DNA of 27,554 bases from Nitrososphaerota archaeon. GTDB lineage: Archaea; Thermoproteota; Nitrososphaeria; PSMU01. The position numbers and the translations under genes were made by a program. Positions 24,775 through 27,554 of the stretch are shown here, in pieces. Where the stretch lies: assembly GCA_040290255.1 (NCBI GenBank), contig PSMU01000006.1:1-27554 (forward strand), written 5' to 3'. Each line of letters opens with the position of its first letter. Position 1 is the first letter of the stretch. The notes beneath the pieces were generated by a model, which was not told the origin of the DNA, did no database searches, and saw only the letters and a program-made list of their open reading frames with translations.

Positions 24775-26070
24775 ATGAGGGTGGAGGAGGTCCTCGACCT
24801 GGAGGCCCTGACGCCGCTGCAGGCAAGGATCCTGTGGATCGCCCGCCTCTCCTGGGCCTTCGTGGCCATGGAGATCATCCTCATCTCCTTCACGCTGCCT
24901 CTCTTCATCTCGCTCTTCTCGCTAGATAGCCTGAGCGCGGGGCTGCTGGCCTCGGCCGTGCTCATCGGCGATATCGTGGGCGCGATCGCGCTGGGCAGGC
25001 TCACGGATGTGGTGGGGAGGAGGGCCATCTTCCAGCTCTCCCTGCTCTGGTACGCGCTCTTCACGGCCCTCACGGCCCTGGCCGCGAACTTTCCGGTGCT
25101 GCTGCTGCTCAGGATCCTGGCCGGCGTGGGGCTGGGGGGCATGCTGGTGGTGGACCCCACGCTGCTCAGCGAATTCCTGCCCAAGAGAAAGAGGGGGGGC
25201 CTGATGGTGAGCCTGGACCTCTTCTGGCCGCTCGGCAGCCTTTTGGCCCTGGGCCTGGCCTATGCCTTTTTGCAGCTGATGGGGGGCAACTGGAGGGGGC
25301 TCTTCCTGGCGGCCGCCTTTCCCGCCTTCACCGTGGCCCTCTTCAGGCTCTACGTGCCTGAGTCGCCCTTTTACCTGGCCAAGAGGGGAAGGCTCGAGCA
25401 GGCCGCGCTCGTGCTCAGGAGGCTCACGGGCAGCGCCGTGGAGCCCAACGCAATCAGCTTCGCCGTGGAGGAGAAGGGGAGCTATCAGGAGCTCTTCACC
25501 AGCTACGCGCGCAGGGCGCTGGCCATGCTCTTCGCCTGGGCCGCGCTGAACTACACCTATTACGGCCTCTTCCTCTGGCTGCCCCAGATCCTGAACGTGG
25601 TGAACCTCTATGGCAACGTCTGGCTCTTCCTCGTGCTGGCCTTCATCTTTCAGGTGCCGGGCTATGTCAGCGCCATGTACCTGGTGGAGAGGTGGGGCAG
25701 GAAGGCCACGCTGGTTTCCTACCTGCTGCTGAGCGGCCTCACGGGCATCCTGATGGCGCTCGCCGTGAATGACCTGCTGGCCTTCACCGCGGCCCTGCTG
25801 CTCGTGAGCTTCTTCAACCTGGGCGCCTGGGGCTCCGTGTACCCCTTCACCAGCGAGCTCTTCCCCACCAAGCTCAGGGGGAAGGCCTTTGGCCTGGCGG
25901 AGGGCGTGGGCAAGGTGGTGGCCGTGCTGGGGCCCGTCATCTTCGGGGCCATCTTTCAGGCCTTCAGCAGCGTGACGCCGCCGCTGCTGGTCACGATGGG
26001 CATCGCGGTGGTGGGCGCCCTGGCCGTGGCCCTTTTGGCTCCAGAGACCAAGAGGCTCCTCTTCGATTGA
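24775..26070 (+). CDS. MFS transporter (sugar porter/aromatic acid/SV2-like group)
   Basis: G.L.D..GRR, R.LAG.GLGG, SEF.P...RG, PESP, ERWGRK, ELFPT.LRG, PETK. Confidence 0.9.
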   Translation: MRVEEVLDLEALTPLQARILWIARLSWAFVAMEIILISFTLPLFISLFSLDSLSAGLLASAVLIGDIVGAIALGRLTDVVGRRAIFQLSLLWYALFTALTALAANFPVLLLLRILAGVGLGGMLVVDPTLLSEFLPKRKRGGLMVSLDLFWPLGSLLALGLAYAFLQLMGGNWRGLFLAAAFPAFTVALFRLYVPESPFYLAKRGRLEQAALVLRRLTGSAVEPNAISFAVEEKGSYQELFTSYARRALAMLFAWAALNYTYYGLFLWLPQILNVVNLYGNVWLFLVLAFIFQVPGYVSAMYLVERWGRKATLVSYLLLSGLTGILMALAVNDLLAFTAALLLVSFFNLGAWGSVYPFTSELFPTKLRGKAFGLAEGVGKVVAVLGPVIFGAIFQAFSSVTPPLLVTMGIAVVGALAVALLAPETKRLLFD

Positions 26071-26113
26071 GCGCGGCAGGCCGCGGGCCGTGGTGAGCTA
26101 TGGGCAGGCTGCC

Positions 26114-26158
26114 CACACCTTCACAACTTAGCGCACAGCTTAACGCTCTCGATTAAGT
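26114..26158 (+). promoter_or_regulatory. Direct repeats and TATA-like element upstream of nirK
   Basis: CACACCTT, CACAACTTAGCG and CACAGCTTAACG in tandem, then ATTAAG about 24 nt before the ATG. Confidence 0.45.
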
Positions 26159-26180
26159 ACCGGCGCGGCCAGCTAAGCCC

Positions 26181-27500
26181 ATGAGGGTTCCGAGCAGGAG
26201 GGCCCTCTCCGAGGCCATGGCCGTGGCCGTCGTGCTCGTGGTGCTGCTCACGGGCGCGGCCTTCTTCCTGTTGGCGCAGGTGCAGGCCCTCTCTCAGAAG
26301 GTGGACCGACTGGAGGCCCAGCTGAGGAGCCCCTCGCCCGTCTTGACCTGGAACGAATCGGCCGTAAGGCCCACCACCAGGCACATAACTTTAGTGGTGC
26401 AGGACGCGCTCATACAAGTGGCCGATAACGTCACCTACCATGCCTGGACCTTCAACGGCACGGTGCCCGGGCCCGTGATCTGGGCCAACCAGGGCGATAC
26501 CATAGCGTTCACGCTCATCAACCGGGCCAGCATGGGCCATTCCATAGACTTCCATGCGGCCGAGGTGGACTGGGCCAAGGACTACGTGACGATACCGCCC
26601 AACGCCACCCTCTCCTTTGAGTTTCAGGCCCGCTATCCCGGCGTCTTCATGTATCACTGCGGCACGCCGCCCGTGCTCCTGCACATCGCCAACGGCATGT
26701 ACGGGGCCATCATCATCAGGCCCAACATAAGCCTTCCCGAGGCCACGGGCGGCGAGTATGTGCTCGTCATGAGCGAGTTCTACGTAAAGCCGGCCGGCGA
26801 TGGCACGTATGAGGGCGACTACCAGAAGATGCTGGCCGCCACGCCCGATTATGTGGTCTTCAACGGGAGGGCCTTTCAGTATTTGAAGCAGCCGCTGAGC
26901 GTGAGGCCCAACGAGCTGGTCAGGCTCTACGTCCTGAACGCCGGCCCCTCGCTCTGGGGGGCCTTCCATGTGATCGGCACGGTCTTCGATGAGGTCTATA
27001 TGGACGGGAACCCGGCCAACGTGCAGAGGGGGCTACAGACCGTGAACCTCGCGCCCTCGAACGGGGCGATCATCGACCTTTACTTCAGGGATCCCGGGGG
27101 CAAGAACCCCTTCGTAACGCATGCCTTCGCGTATGCCGCCAAGGGCGCCGTGGGCCTCTTCGTGGTGCAAGGGGCCTCCTCCCCGCCCTCGGGCCAGGGC
27201 AGCCCGCCCTCCCGGCCCGGCGTGCTGGTCTCCATCGATAAGGGCAGCGCGCTCAACAGGGACCTGCCGGGCTACACGCCCAGCATCATCACGGTCGTCA
27301 TAGGCGTCAATAACACGGTCACCTGGGTTAACTACGACGACTACCCGCATACGGTGACGGCGAGCGACAAGAGCTTCGACTCGGGCAACATGAACAAGGG
27401 CGATGCCTGGAGCTATACCTTCACCAGGCCGGGCACGTATACCTACATCTGCGTGTACCATCCCTGGATGAGGGGCACCGTCATCGTGAAGCAGCCCTAG
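26181..27500 (+). CDS. nirK: Copper-containing nitrite reductase (NirK-type) with an N-terminal anchor and a fused C-terminal cupredoxin
   Basis: WTFNGTVPGP, HSIDFH, MYHC...HIANGM, FHVIG and PFVTH supply the type 1 and type 2 Cu ligands and the catalytic Asp/His; extra domain PHTVT...YICVYHPWM. Confidence 0.8.
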   Translation: MRVPSRRALSEAMAVAVVLVVLLTGAAFFLLAQVQALSQKVDRLEAQLRSPSPVLTWNESAVRPTTRHITLVVQDALIQVADNVTYHAWTFNGTVPGPVIWANQGDTIAFTLINRASMGHSIDFHAAEVDWAKDYVTIPPNATLSFEFQARYPGVFMYHCGTPPVLLHIANGMYGAIIIRPNISLPEATGGEYVLVMSEFYVKPAGDGTYEGDYQKMLAATPDYVVFNGRAFQYLKQPLSVRPNELVRLYVLNAGPSLWGAFHVIGTVFDEVYMDGNPANVQRGLQTVNLAPSNGAIIDLYFRDPGGKNPFVTHAFAYAAKGAVGLFVVQGASSPPSGQGSPPSRPGVLVSIDKGSALNRDLPGYTPSIITVVIGVNNTVTWVNYDDYPHTVTASDKSFDSGNMNKGDAWSYTFTRPGTYTYICVYHPWMRGTVIVKQP

Positions 27501-27502
27501 CC

Positions 27503-27554
27503 GTGGCGATGAGCGAGCGGCAGCTGCTGCGCCTCCTTAGGGCCTTCTTCCCAG
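27503..27554 (+). CDS. 5' end of a probable CDS running off the window
   Basis: Open frame (V)AMSERQLLRLLRAFFP starting 2 nt after the nirK stop codon. Confidence 0.4.
   Translation, partial: MAMSERQLLRLLRAFFP

Noticed and set aside
1-27554. Numerous long alternative-frame and antisense ORFs (e.g. 8542-9525, 12853-14316, 16038-17249, 20417-21490)
   Set aside because: Shadow ORFs of well-supported genes, expected at high GC; low-complexity Arg/Gly/Pro/Ala translations with no family motifs
1-27554. CRISPR array, rRNA, transposase or integrase
   Set aside because: No regularly spaced repeats, rRNA-like segments or recombinase motifs seen

Overview
GC-rich (roughly two-thirds GC by spot counts) archaeal chromosome segment. 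Gene content and order (rpl12 divergent from alaS, short L10/P0, multi-intron tRNAs, blue-copper proteins) suggest a TACK archaeon, most plausibly a deep-branching Nitrososphaeria/Aigarchaeota-type lineage (inference). Housekeeping genes: rpl1-rpl10, rpl44e-rps27e-aIF2alpha-nop10, aglB, an Lrp/AsnC domain, tiaS, tsr3, alaS, rpl12, sua5. Metabolic, transport and regulatory genes: M28-like membrane protein, saccharopine-dehydrogenase-like oxidoreductase, MMSDH-type aldehyde dehydrogenase, HxlR regulator, CatE-like VOC protein, TldD-like protein, CBS protein, two MFS transporters and a NirK-type copper nitrite reductase. Three tRNA genes are present: the 3' part of tRNA-Arg(CCT), a tRNA-Leu(TAA) that I parse as carrying three introns, and a tRNA-Arg(TCT) with a non-canonical intron. 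Accessory or decayed DNA: a low-GC islet with a stand-alone HEPN gene, a shattered CcdA-like pseudogene at the tRNA-Leu 3' end, and a glycosyltransferase/DUF5519-like chimeric remnant. Best leads: the triple-intron tRNA whose middle intron is a near copy of its own exon; a NirK with a pilin-like class III signal peptide and a fused cupredoxin; a perfect 18-bp palindrome matching the Firmicutes LexA-box consensus in an archaeal promoter; and a membrane-anchored TrmB/PLD-like plus HTH protein. All family calls come from motif recognition by eye; no searches were run.
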